The notes under the pieces: model-generated
Database searches by the model: none
What the model saw: only the letters and a program-made list of their open reading frames with translations
What the model was told of the DNA's origin: nothing
Part shown: in pieces, positions 8,274 through 17,007 of the stretch
How positions within the stretch are numbered: position 1 is the first letter of the stretch
Layout of the letters: each line of letters begins with the position of its first letter
Made by a program: the position numbers and the translations under genes
Assembly (NCBI GenBank): GCA_964475165.1
Contig: CAYYVN010000008.1
Span: 4,160 to 68,159, forward strand
Origin: an uncultured Verrucomicrobiota bacterium
GTDB taxonomy: Bacteria; Verrucomicrobiota; Kiritimatiellia; JAAZAB01
Length of the DNA: 64,000 nucleotides
Reading direction: 5' to 3'

Positions 8274-10475
8274 ATGAGACAAGTGCTTGGGATAGCAGGA
8301 TTGTGCATTTGGCTGGCGCTGCTCTCGTTGGTGGGCCGCGCTCAAACCCTGGAAGCCCCGCTGCCGACGAGCGCGCCAGAGGCCCAGCCGCTCCCAGCAG
8401 CGGTCGTGGCCGATACAGTTGAAATAGAGGCTGTTGACCAGCCCAGCTCACTAGCCGAAACCCTGCCGGCCACGGATACTTCCCCAGCCGAAGCGCTTGC
8501 AGTCGAAGCGCCCGCAGCGGAAACATTCCCAGACGAAACGCCTGCAGCGGAAGCAGCCACAGATACATCGGAGCCTCCCGCTCTCGCGGCCGATCAGGCC
8601 GAACTGCTGCCGGCGGCGGAGCCCGGCGCCGAGGCGGATGATTCGGAGGCCATAGATATTATGCTGGCTGCCGACGAGCTGACCGCCCTGGCGGACGCAG
8701 CCGCGGCTAACGGTAATGCGAGTTTAATTTCAGTATCATTGGATGCGGTGCCAGTGATGGATGTGGCCAATATGTTCTCCAAAATCTCCGGGGCCAATAT
8801 CATTGTGGCCGGGGGCATTCCCGAGGCGGAGGTTACGGCCAACCTGAAAAATGTGGAATGGAAAACAGCTTTGAACTTGGTGCTGGGATCCGTCAATCTA
8901 TCGGTGATCGAGGATCCCTCCGGCATTCTGATGGTGGTCACTTCGGAGATGTATCGCGAGAAATTGCAGCAGATCGAAAACACCAAACCGCTGATCACCC
9001 GCAGTTTTCCGGTGCAGTATTTGAATGCCTCGGATTTTATCGAGCAGGTCAAACTTTTGAAGATCCTCTCGCCCCGCGGCACGATCATCGGCAGCCAGAG
9101 CAGAGAACAGGAACGGTTCAGCCTCAAATCCTCTTCCTTGGCCACGGAAATCATTCAAAATCCCAGTATTACCACGGAAATCATCGTCACCGATATCAAG
9201 GAGTATGTGGATAAAGTGGAAAGGCTCTTGCGCAGTCTGGATAAACGGGAGCCCCAGGTATTCATAGAGGCGCGCATCGTGGATGTGGTCTCAGGGGATA
9301 GCAAGAAACTGGGGTTCGATTGGGAAATGCTGGATCATTTCGGCGCCTCCCTGCAGTTGCAGGATCTGCAATGGTCTTTCAGTGATGACCATCAACTGGT
9401 CAATGCCGCTGAGCAGAAAGATTCCCGTTTCGATAAACGCAGCAATCTGGATATCGTTAACCAGCGCTATGATGTGTTTGGCAAACAATATGAAGAAACC
9501 ACCACCACCTATGAGGAGCAACCGCCCGGCTCGGGGAATTGGGTGGCGAATATTGTGCTGACGCCCACGCGCACCATCACCGATAGCATCAATCGCGGTC
9601 GCGACGTGACCTCCGATAAAACCGATACCCGCACCGATACCACCCGGGAAACCAAGATGGGCACCGCCATTCTTAATGTTTCCGATGCCTCGCTGTTTTT
9701 GAGCGCTTTGCAACGCGCCCAGAACACAGAGATGATCTCGCATCCCTTGATCGTGGTGGGCAACAAAGTCGAAGCCAAAATTCATGTTGGGGAAAGATAT
9801 CCCACCATTTCTTCCACCAAACAGTCCGCCAATCCGGAGCATGGCCAAACGGAATCCTATACCGAGCAGGTGGAATGGAATGATCTGGGCTTGACCCTGT
9901 GGGTGATTCCGGAGATCGATTTGAAGATGAATGCTGTGCGGCTCACGGTCAATCCTTCCATGAGCACTTGGATCAAGGATATCACGACGCCGGCCGGCTC
10001 GGTCTATCCGGTCATCAGCACGCGCCAGGTTTCCACCCGGGCCAATGTGCCCAGCAAGCATACCGTGGTCATTGGGGGCTTGATCGATAACCAGAAGGGT
10101 AAAAGGGAAAAACGCGTGCCGATTCTCAGCGATATCCCCTTGCTGGGGTTATTGTTCAAACATACGGAGGATACGCTCACGCGTCATAACCTGTTGATCT
10201 TGCTGACGCCTACCATCCTCGATGAACGCGCGCCGCTGACCGGCCTGGAAAACATTGCCCAGCAGGCAGTTGATCGTTTGGAAAAAATACCGCTGGCGCC
10301 CGGCAGTCTGGCCGCGCCGATCCCTCAGCCTGAGCAAGGTCCTCAGCCGGTTGCTGGCGGGCCAACTTCTTCGGCCAGCGTGGTGGAGCCGCCGGCGCCT
10401 GCAGCGGCAGAGGAGCCCTCCGCTGCCGTCGCCGAGCCCCTGGTGAGCGGAACAGCGGAGGAGATTCAGCCTTAG
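8274..10475 (+). CDS. Secretin (PilQ/GspD family)
   Basis: Signal peptide, acidic Ala/Glu/Pro linker, N0/N3 domains, PQVFIEARIVDV, LGLTLWV.P.I and VVIGGLI....KRVP.LSDIPLLG.LF. Start set at ATG 8274. Confidence 0.9.
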   Translation: MRQVLGIAGLCIWLALLSLVGRAQTLEAPLPTSAPEAQPLPAAVVADTVEIEAVDQPSSLAETLPATDTSPAEALAVEAPAAETFPDETPAAEAATDTSEPPALAADQAELLPAAEPGAEADDSEAIDIMLAADELTALADAAAANGNASLISVSLDAVPVMDVANMFSKISGANIIVAGGIPEAEVTANLKNVEWKTALNLVLGSVNLSVIEDPSGILMVVTSEMYREKLQQIENTKPLITRSFPVQYLNASDFIEQVKLLKILSPRGTIIGSQSREQERFSLKSSSLATEIIQNPSITTEIIVTDIKEYVDKVERLLRSLDKREPQVFIEARIVDVVSGDSKKLGFDWEMLDHFGASLQLQDLQWSFSDDHQLVNAAEQKDSRFDKRSNLDIVNQRYDVFGKQYEETTTTYEEQPPGSGNWVANIVLTPTRTITDSINRGRDVTSDKTDTRTDTTRETKMGTAILNVSDASLFLSALQRAQNTEMISHPLIVVGNKVEAKIHVGERYPTISSTKQSANPEHGQTESYTEQVEWNDLGLTLWVIPEIDLKMNAVRLTVNPSMSTWIKDITTPAGSVYPVISTRQVSTRANVPSKHTVVIGGLIDNQKGKREKRVPILSDIPLLGLLFKHTEDTLTRHNLLILLTPTILDERAPLTGLENIAQQAVDRLEKIPLAPGSLAAPIPQPEQGPQPVAGGPTSSASVVEPPAPAAAEEPSAAVAEPLVSGTAEEIQP

Positions 10476-10608
10476 GCCTGGATTGCCCTTCAGCCAGGGT
10501 CGGGAGATGGGCCGGCGGGTGGGGGAGGCGCGCTGGGTGTCGCAGCGTCCTTGAGTCTTAGTCTGGTATCCAAAGGATATCCGCGGAGCCGCGCTCCTGA
10601 AATACTAG

Positions 10609-12327
10609 GTGATGAATTTGCTGCCCAAAAGCACCTGGCGTTATGCTCTTCTGATAGTGGTTCTGTGCGCAATCGTTGCTATTGCGGCCCACTTCATTAT
10701 CTCTCACTTTGGCGAACAACTTGCGCAGACCGCCTACGCTAATTTGGTGACAGAATTAAGCCTGGCTATTTGGGCCCTGACCATGGGTTGCCTTTTTCTG
10801 GCCGGCGCTCTGGGGTTGTGGGTGATCCGCTCCACCACCGAAAGCGAAGGCCGTCGCCGCATCGGTCGCTTTGTGGATCAGATGGATTATTTAAGCGATG
10901 GCCTGGTGGCCCTGGACCGTGCCGGCCGCATCATAGGATCCAATCCGGCGGCGCGTCATATGGCGCCGTGTGTGCTGCCGCTTAAAACGGATCTATCTTT
11001 AGCGGAAACTTTTACCTGCTTAACCACCGCTGACATGCAAACGCTGCTGGATGTGAGCCGGTGCAGCGAGCTGGAACGGGATTGTGTTTATTCCTACGGG
11101 TTGCGCGCCTTGCGTTTTCGATCGCAGCCCTCGGAAGGGGTGGTCTTGGTGTTGATCAGCGATGTCACCGATATCCGCTCGCAGGATATTCGGCGCCGGC
11201 AAATCGCGCAGCTCCAACTCGTGGGCCGTATTGCCGCTGGCATGGCTCACGATGTCAACAATATCCTCTGCTCCATTGCTGCCCATGCGGCCTTGCTCGC
11301 CCGCGGCGGGCATGATCCGGAAACCATGCGCCGCTCTGTAGAGATCATCAACGAAGAAACCCAAAAAGGTTCGCAGTTATCCCAGCAACTGCTGGCCTTG
11401 AGCCGCACGGGCCATATCGGGAGTCCCAGCATGCAGCTGCCGCAGGATGTGGAAGGCGCGGCGGCCTTGTTACGCATTGTGCTGGCGCCGGCCTGGGTGG
11501 TGCAGACGCTGACCGTCGGCCAGTTTTCAACAGCGCCCTTGAGCTCGGCCCAGATTGAGCAGGTGATCCTGAATCTGGGCTTGCTGATCGCCGATGCGCA
11601 CCCGCAGCCGGGCACACTGACCATCACGCTTAAGGAGCGGGGTAGCGATTATCTGTTGGATGTGGGCAACCAATTCATGGCGGTGATTATGGTGAGCCTG
11701 GCCGATGATCTTGATAAACAAAATCTGCTCGCCAGCGCCATTGATGATGACGGCTCCGGGGCCGCCGAGCATGCTGGCGTTATTTTATCGGTGGTGAAAT
11801 CTATTCTGGAACAGGCTCAGGCGCGCCTGGATCGTTTGCTGGTGCCGGGTGGCGGCATCATTTATCGGGTCTGCTTGCCGCATATGGCGCTGATCGAAAA
11901 GCGTCCCGCGGCCGCACCGGTTGCGGATGAGCGGAAGACCGCGAGGGCAATGACCGGCTGGCGTATTCTCTTGGGCGGGCACTGCCACACCTTGGCTGCT
12001 CTGCAGCGCTATCTGCAACCCCTGGGCGTAGAAATCATGGAGCGTAAAACGATTTTTACTTTGCTGGCGGATGTGGAAGCTTTACAGTCCTTGGATGTTA
12101 TTGTGGCGGATAAGCGCCTGCTGGGCGTCGAAGCCGATGGTCTGATCAAGGCCTTGCGTAAGCTCTACCCGAGCGTGGGCTTAATGGTGATCTGTGATGA
12201 TCCGCGCCAGGAATCATCGTCTACCACGGCCGGCGTGGTATTCATCGCCTATGAAGCCGAGCGCCAACAGATATTGCAGGCCCTGAGCAAGGCGCGCGCT
12301 TTAGCCCGTGCCACAGCAGCGTCCTGA
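10609..12327 (+). CDS. Membrane hybrid sensor kinase-like protein (2 TM, PAS, HisKA, degenerate HATPase, degenerate receiver)
   Basis: PAS-like DGLVALDRAGRI...NPAA and H-box AGMAHDVNNIL are present. N, G1 and G2 boxes and the receiver acidic pocket and Lys are altered. Confidence 0.75.
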   Translation: MMNLLPKSTWRYALLIVVLCAIVAIAAHFIISHFGEQLAQTAYANLVTELSLAIWALTMGCLFLAGALGLWVIRSTTESEGRRRIGRFVDQMDYLSDGLVALDRAGRIIGSNPAARHMAPCVLPLKTDLSLAETFTCLTTADMQTLLDVSRCSELERDCVYSYGLRALRFRSQPSEGVVLVLISDVTDIRSQDIRRRQIAQLQLVGRIAAGMAHDVNNILCSIAAHAALLARGGHDPETMRRSVEIINEETQKGSQLSQQLLALSRTGHIGSPSMQLPQDVEGAAALLRIVLAPAWVVQTLTVGQFSTAPLSSAQIEQVILNLGLLIADAHPQPGTLTITLKERGSDYLLDVGNQFMAVIMVSLADDLDKQNLLASAIDDDGSGAAEHAGVILSVVKSILEQAQARLDRLLVPGGGIIYRVCLPHMALIEKRPAAAPVADERKTARAMTGWRILLGGHCHTLAALQRYLQPLGVEIMERKTIFTLLADVEALQSLDVIVADKRLLGVEADGLIKALRKLYPSVGLMVICDDPRQESSSTTAGVVFIAYEAERQQILQALSKARALARATAAS

Positions 12328-12387
12328 GCTGCTCTAAACACGCCCCAGCATTTTGATGGAGCTCGGCCTGCTATCCCCTTAAAAAAC

Positions 12388-12416
12388 TTGCAACCCGCCG
12401 CTCTTCCTTGTAAGTC
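12388..12416 (+). promoter_or_regulatory. Putative sigma70 promoter of tRNA-Thr
   Basis: A-tract, then TTGCAA-17 nt-TAAGTC, about 20 nt upstream of the tRNA. Confidence 0.45.
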
Positions 12417-12435
12417 TTAGATAGAGCAACCTTCC

Positions 12436-12508
12436 GCCAGCTTAGCTCAGTTGGTAGAGCAGCTGATTTGTAATCAGCAGGTCGTCGGTTCGACCCCGAC
12501 AGCTGGCT
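12436..12508 (+). tRNA. tRNA-Thr (anticodon TGT)
   Basis: GCCAGCT/AGCTGGC acceptor stem, D-arm TAGCTCAGTTGGTAGAGC, anticodon arm GCTGA-TT TGT AA-TCAGC, T-loop TTCGACC. Confidence 0.97.
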
Positions 12509-12799
12509 TCCTCCCGGCTTCGATAAGCTTGCCTCGGGTTTCGTTTAGCCTGTCCCGGGCCTCTTTTGCGTGCTCCTGCAATTGTGAGCGTGAAGCTCCA
12601 TCTATGTGCGAGAGCGCACCGGCCCGGAGGCTCAGTGCCGGCCCCAACTGCCGGATGGCTCGCATCGCGCGCGCGCTTTCTCCTCCGCCTGGCGGCTCAG
12701 CCCTAAGAAGGGCAGGGAGAGGAGTGAAGACCAAACCAGGTCGGTCGCCAGCGCCGCGCTAGCTGAGCTTGCCTGGGCGCAGGGTTTTTTGAGGTCATA

Positions 12800-12875
12800 A
12801 AAAAATATAAAAAAAAGTTGACATTTGGTGGGGGAAAGTGTGGAATAGTGTCAAACAAGGGGGCAAGGGTGGACC
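12800..12875 (+). promoter_or_regulatory. mraZ/dcw promoter with MraZ-type GTG boxes at 10-bp spacing
   Basis: A-rich UP-like tract, TTGACA at 12818-12823, GTGGGG/GTGTGG/GTGTCA at 12828, 12838 and 12848, and GTGGA at 12869. Confidence 0.7.
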
Positions 12876-12883
12876 AAAAGGAC

Positions 12884-13354
12884 ATGGAACGCAGCAATGA
12901 GCCAGGGATGCTGGGTGCTTTCGTCAGCAGTTATCTCCATGCGCTGGATCCCAAAAAACGCCTGACCATTCCCGCCGAATGGCGCGCACGGGTGGGCGAA
13001 CCGGCCAGTTTATATGTGCTCCCCGGGCTGCAGAACGAAAAATGCCTCTATGTATTTCCGGCGCGTGAACTTTCCCAGCGCCTCGCCAAATTCCGCCAGA
13101 TCGGCATCGGCGACAAAAAAGCGCGCGCCTTTGCCCGTGTTTTCGCTTCGCAATCCGATCTCATTTCGGCCTGGGATGTGCAGGGGAGAATTCGCATCAA
13201 GGATGAATTGCTCGCTCATGCGCAGTTAGTCGACCAGGTGCAGTTGGTGGGGGCCTGGGATCATTTCGAGCTTTGGAATCCGCGCCTCTGGCAGGCTGCG
13301 GCGGCGCTGGATGCCACCACCATGGAAGATGCGATACGTTACATAGGGTTTTAA
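12884..13354 (+). CDS. mraZ: Division/cell-wall cluster transcriptional repressor MraZ
   Basis: Y.HALDPKKRLTIPAEWR and DVQGRIRI..EL..HAQL...V.LVG..DHFELWN, i.e. two SpoVT/AbrB repeats. Start set at ATG 12884. Confidence 0.93.
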   Translation: MERSNEPGMLGAFVSSYLHALDPKKRLTIPAEWRARVGEPASLYVLPGLQNEKCLYVFPARELSQRLAKFRQIGIGDKKARAFARVFASQSDLISAWDVQGRIRIKDELLAHAQLVDQVQLVGAWDHFELWNPRLWQAAAALDATTMEDAIRYIGF

Positions 13355-13368
13355 GCGGAGGGCAAAAG

Positions 13369-13638
13369 ATGCAAAGAGTGATGTTTTTGGATGTCAACGC
13401 GGCCTTGCGAGGTGGTTTGCGTAAAGGTCGTTGGTTTAGTTTGCCGGAGAAAAAACACATGGTGCGCTCGGTGCGTTTTGGCAATCACGCTTGCGTCCTC
13501 AGCGATACCATGCAAATTCTGCCGCTGAGCGATATCGCCCCGGTAGCTGCCCGCGCGGGTTCCTGGCGCCTGGGGGTGCGCAAGGTATGGGATTTGTTAT
13601 CGCAACGCCCGCGCTATTGGCAGACCTTGCTGCAGTAA
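13369..13638 (+). CDS. Small hypothetical protein (89 aa) inside the dcw operon
   Basis: GGAGG RBS 7 nt upstream of ATG 13369, immediately after the mraZ stop. No recognised family. Confidence 0.45.
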   Translation: MQRVMFLDVNAALRGGLRKGRWFSLPEKKHMVRSVRFGNHACVLSDTMQILPLSDIAPVAARAGSWRLGVRKVWDLLSQRPRYWQTLLQ

Positions 13639-13679
13639 TGCTCGGCGGGGACTTCTGCGGCACGGATGAGGAGAGCAGG

Positions 13680-13877
13680 GTGAAGCAGACGCCATCATTG
13701 ATCATGAAATGCTGCCTCTGCGGTCGCGAAAACACGGAGCAGGGGTGGCAATACCGCCGCGCGGCCGTTGAAGCGAGCATCTTTTATTCACATGGTTTTT
13801 GTACGCAGTGTTATGCGCTCGAGATTCAGAAAATCAGACTGCAAGGGCAGCTGACGGCGCTGGCCGCCTGTCATTAA
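13680..13877 (+). CDS. Small putative Zn-ribbon protein (CxxC...SHGxCxxC)
   Basis: MKCCLCGR...YSHGFCTQC. GTG 13680 has a GAGGAG RBS; ATG 13638 overlapping the upstream stop is an alternative start. Confidence 0.6.
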   Translation: MKQTPSLIMKCCLCGRENTEQGWQYRRAAVEASIFYSHGFCTQCYALEIQKIRLQGQLTALAACH

Positions 13878-13934
13878 AGGGTGGTTGGCAACCCGCTTCG
13901 GCCTGCCCGGGGCGGAGGAGCATGAGGAGGCAGC

Positions 13935-14858
13935 ATGCATGAGCCGGTCATGGTTCAAGAAGTGCTGACCTTGCTGGCGGTGCAGCCGGGGGGCATTTAT
14001 ATGGATGGCACCCTCGGCGGCGGCGGGCATGCCCGGGCGATTTTAGAGCGCCTGGCCGGCCAAGGGTTGTTGCTGGGCATAGATCGGGATAGCGCAGCGC
14101 TGGCGCAGGCCGCGTGCGCGCTGGCAGCCTGGCCGGCACAATGCCGTTTGGCGCAGGGTAACTTTAACGAGTTGGATCGCCTGGCGGCGGCTCACAACAT
14201 CCAGACCCTCGATGGGCTCTTGCTGGATTTGGGCATGTCGTCCCTGCAGCTGGATGCTCCCGCGCGTGGTTTTAGTTTCCACCATGCTGGCCCGCTCGAT
14301 ATGCGCATGGATCGTGCGCAGCCCTTGACAGCGGCCGCTTGGCTGGCGGCGGCCACGGAAAGGGAGATCGCACAACAGCTGCGCAAATTGGGTGATGAGC
14401 CGGATGCGCGACGGATAGCTCGGGCCATCGTCAGGGAACGCGCTAGAGAGCCGCTGCTAACGACGCAGCAACTGGCTGATCTGGTGCTGGGCGTTAAGCG
14501 TGGGCGGCGGGGTAAAATTCATCCGGCCACTCGCACTTTTCAAGCCTTGCGCATGATCGTCAACCGGGAGCTGGAATGCTTGGAGGAAGGCTTGCGGAAA
14601 GGCTGGAGGCTTTTGCGTCCCGGGGGGCGCTTGGCAGTCCTGGCTTACCATAGTTTGGAGGATCGGATCGTTAAGCATTTTGCCCGGCAACATATCGGGC
14701 GTTGGGAATCTTTGCCCGCTGGTGGTCGGCGCTGGCTGGGGCAAGAGCCGGCCGCGCGCTGGCTAACGCCCAAGCCCTTAACACCCAGCGCGGCCGAGAT
14801 CAGTCGTAATCCACGCTCACGTTCAGCGAAACTAAGGGTCATAGAAAGGATACAATAA
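13935..14858 (+). CDS. rsmH: 16S rRNA m4C1402 methyltransferase
   Basis: MHEPVMVQE, DGTLGGGGH, DLGMSS.QLD...RGFSF, LDMRMD, HPATRTFQALR, HSLEDRIVK and NPRSRSAKLR. Confidence 0.97.
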   Translation: MHEPVMVQEVLTLLAVQPGGIYMDGTLGGGGHARAILERLAGQGLLLGIDRDSAALAQAACALAAWPAQCRLAQGNFNELDRLAAAHNIQTLDGLLLDLGMSSLQLDAPARGFSFHHAGPLDMRMDRAQPLTAAAWLAAATEREIAQQLRKLGDEPDARRIARAIVRERAREPLLTTQQLADLVLGVKRGRRGKIHPATRTFQALRMIVNRELECLEEGLRKGWRLLRPGGRLAVLAYHSLEDRIVKHFARQHIGRWESLPAGGRRWLGQEPAARWLTPKPLTPSAAEISRNPRSRSAKLRVIERIQ

Positions 14859-14861
14859 CTC

Positions 14862-15242
14862 ATGGCTGGTAAAAATAGAAAGAAACACATGGCGGGGTTT
14901 GCCTTTCCATTGCCCGTGGCGGGCGTTCTGACGGTATTGGTAATGTTGCTCTTGCTGTATGTCTGGCTGGATGCCAGGGTGCAGGCCTTGGGTGTGCAGA
15001 TCAAAACGCTGGAACAGCAACGCGCTGAAATTCAGCAACGCTACGATATTGAGCTGTGGAAATGGGAGACGCTCAAGTCTCCGGCTAATATTGAAAAAAC
15101 CCTGGCCGAACATAAACTGGTCATGGTCTGGCCGGCTGAGGCCAATATCATACGCTTGCATGAACCGGCCTTGGCGGGCGTGTATGTTGATGGACAAATG
15201 GCGCAATTATCCAGATATCCCGGGTCCCTAGCGCATGATTGA
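14862..15242 (+). CDS. ftsL: Cell division protein FtsL-like
   Basis: Short basic N-terminus, one TM, coiled coil, L.SP..IE..; lies between rsmH and ftsI. Confidence 0.7.
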   Translation: MAGKNRKKHMAGFAFPLPVAGVLTVLVMLLLLYVWLDARVQALGVQIKTLEQQRAEIQQRYDIELWKWETLKSPANIEKTLAEHKLVMVWPAEANIIRLHEPALAGVYVDGQMAQLSRYPGSLAHD

Positions 15243-16983
15243 GCGCAGATACAAGCTTCGCTTGGTGATCTCAGCGGCGGTGATGGTGCTGGGATTGGCG
15301 GGATTGAGTGCCCGCCTTATTTTTTTACATCTGGGCCCCTACGCGGAGCGGCGCGCGCGGATCAACGAGTTGCGCCGCTGGGAAAAAGATCTGCATGTTG
15401 GCCGGGGCAAGATCTTAGATCGCCACGGCCATATTTTGGCTCTGGATCTGGTGAAACAGGAATTGGCGGCGGACCCCGCCTTGATGCATAGCAATCATCT
15501 GGTGCCCAGCGTGGCCGCGCGCCTGGCCGAAATTCTCGAGGTCGATCCGGCCCCCCTGGCGGCTCGCTTAAATGCCGCCCAAGGCCGTTTTGTTTATCTG
15601 CTGGGTTACGGACGCTATCTCGAAGCGGAGCAGGCCGCCCGGATCAGCCAGCTCAAAATAGCGGGTTTGATTTTGAACGATGTCATGGCGCGTTCCTATC
15701 CGCGCGGGCGCAGTATGTGCCATGTCTTGGGATATGTTAATCTGGAGCGTGAGGGCAGTGCCGGTATTGAGCAACGTTGGGATCACTATTTGCGAGGCGT
15801 ACCCGGCTTGTTGATCAGCGAATTGGATGGGCAGCGCCGTGAATTATATGACCGGCGCGCGTTGGAAATCAAGCCGCGCCAGGGCGCTGATATCACTTTG
15901 ACCCTTGATCAATATGTGCAATTCATCGTGGAGCGTGCGCTGGAAAGGGCCGTCCAGGAACATCGGGCTACGGCTGCCTGGGCGATCGTGGAGCGCATTG
16001 AGAGCGGCGAGATTTTGGCGATGGCGAGCTGGCCGGCCTATGACAGTAATCGTTTTCGTCTGGCGGCCACCAACGAGATGCGTAACCGTTGCATTGCCGA
16101 TCTGTATGAACCGGGTTCAACCTTTAAGATAGCCGCAGTGGCGGCGGCCCTCAACGAGGGCCTGGCCAGTCCCTCTCAGATCATCGATTGCGAGGGTGGC
16201 ACCTGGTTTTATCGCGGGCGGCCCTTACGCGACTATCATCCTTATGATCAGCTGAGCTTGGCGGATGTTCTCAAGAAATCCAGCAATATTGGCACGGCCA
16301 AGATCGCTCTGCTGCTTGGCGAAGCGCGTTTCTATCGCTATTTGAAAGCCTTTGGGGTGGGCCAGCCCACCGGCATCGAGCTGCCCGGAGAGGAAGCCGG
16401 TATTTTACATCCGGTCTCGCGCTGGCAGCCGATCAGCATCACGCGCATTGCCATTGGCCATGGCGTAGCGGTCACCGCCCTGCAGGTGTTGGGTATGTTC
16501 TGCGCCATTGCCAATGATGGTGTTTTAATGAAGCCCTATATTGTGCAGCGCGTGACGAGCCCGGAAGGAGAAATTTTATTTGAACAGCAGCCGGTGGTCG
16601 TCGGCCGCCCGCTGCGTCCGGAAACAGCCCTCGAAATGCAACGGCTCTTAGCGCGGGTCACCGAGAAAGGCGGCACGGGCTACCGGGCGCAAGTGCCCGA
16701 ATACACTGTGGGCGGCAAGACCGGGACCGCCCAGAAACCTGTTGCCGGCGGTTATTCCGATCAGCTTAATGTGGCTTCCTTTGCAGGATTCATTCCGGCT
16801 GAGGATCCGCAACTGGCTATTATTGTGGTTTTAGATGAGCCCCGGAATCTGCATACGGGCGGCGTGGTCGCCGCCCCGGTTTTCAAGGAAATAGCTGAGC
16901 AGGCGGTGCGTTACTTGGATATTCCGCCGGTCAGCAGCGAAGTGTTTGGGCAGGCCGGCGCCCCGTCCGCCCGCGTTTTATAA
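15235..16983 (+). CDS. ftsI: Peptidoglycan D,D-transpeptidase FtsI/PBP3
   Basis: RG.I.DR.G, R.YP.G, EPGSTFK (SxxK), SSN (SxN) and KTGTAQ. Confidence 0.93.
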   Translation: MIERRYKLRLVISAAVMVLGLAGLSARLIFLHLGPYAERRARINELRRWEKDLHVGRGKILDRHGHILALDLVKQELAADPALMHSNHLVPSVAARLAEILEVDPAPLAARLNAAQGRFVYLLGYGRYLEAEQAARISQLKIAGLILNDVMARSYPRGRSMCHVLGYVNLEREGSAGIEQRWDHYLRGVPGLLISELDGQRRELYDRRALEIKPRQGADITLTLDQYVQFIVERALERAVQEHRATAAWAIVERIESGEILAMASWPAYDSNRFRLAATNEMRNRCIADLYEPGSTFKIAAVAAALNEGLASPSQIIDCEGGTWFYRGRPLRDYHPYDQLSLADVLKKSSNIGTAKIALLLGEARFYRYLKAFGVGQPTGIELPGEEAGILHPVSRWQPISITRIAIGHGVAVTALQVLGMFCAIANDGVLMKPYIVQRVTSPEGEILFEQQPVVVGRPLRPETALEMQRLLARVTEKGGTGYRAQVPEYTVGGKTGTAQKPVAGGYSDQLNVASFAGFIPAEDPQLAIIVVLDEPRNLHTGGVVAAPVFKEIAEQAVRYLDIPPVSSEVFGQAGAPSARVL

Positions 16984-17007
16984 GCAAGCCATATAAGAGG
17001 ATAGGCC

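Noticed and set aside
3096-12508. tRNA-Glu and tRNA-Thr as possible integration sites bounding an island
   Set aside because: There is no integrase and no duplicated tRNA 3' end, and the enclosed genes (rpmB, dusB, pil module) have core-like composition.
12451-12762. ORFs 12451-12762 (+) and 12474-12734 (-)
   Set aside because: They overlap tRNA-Thr, have no RBS or family motifs, and look like chance GC-rich ORFs.
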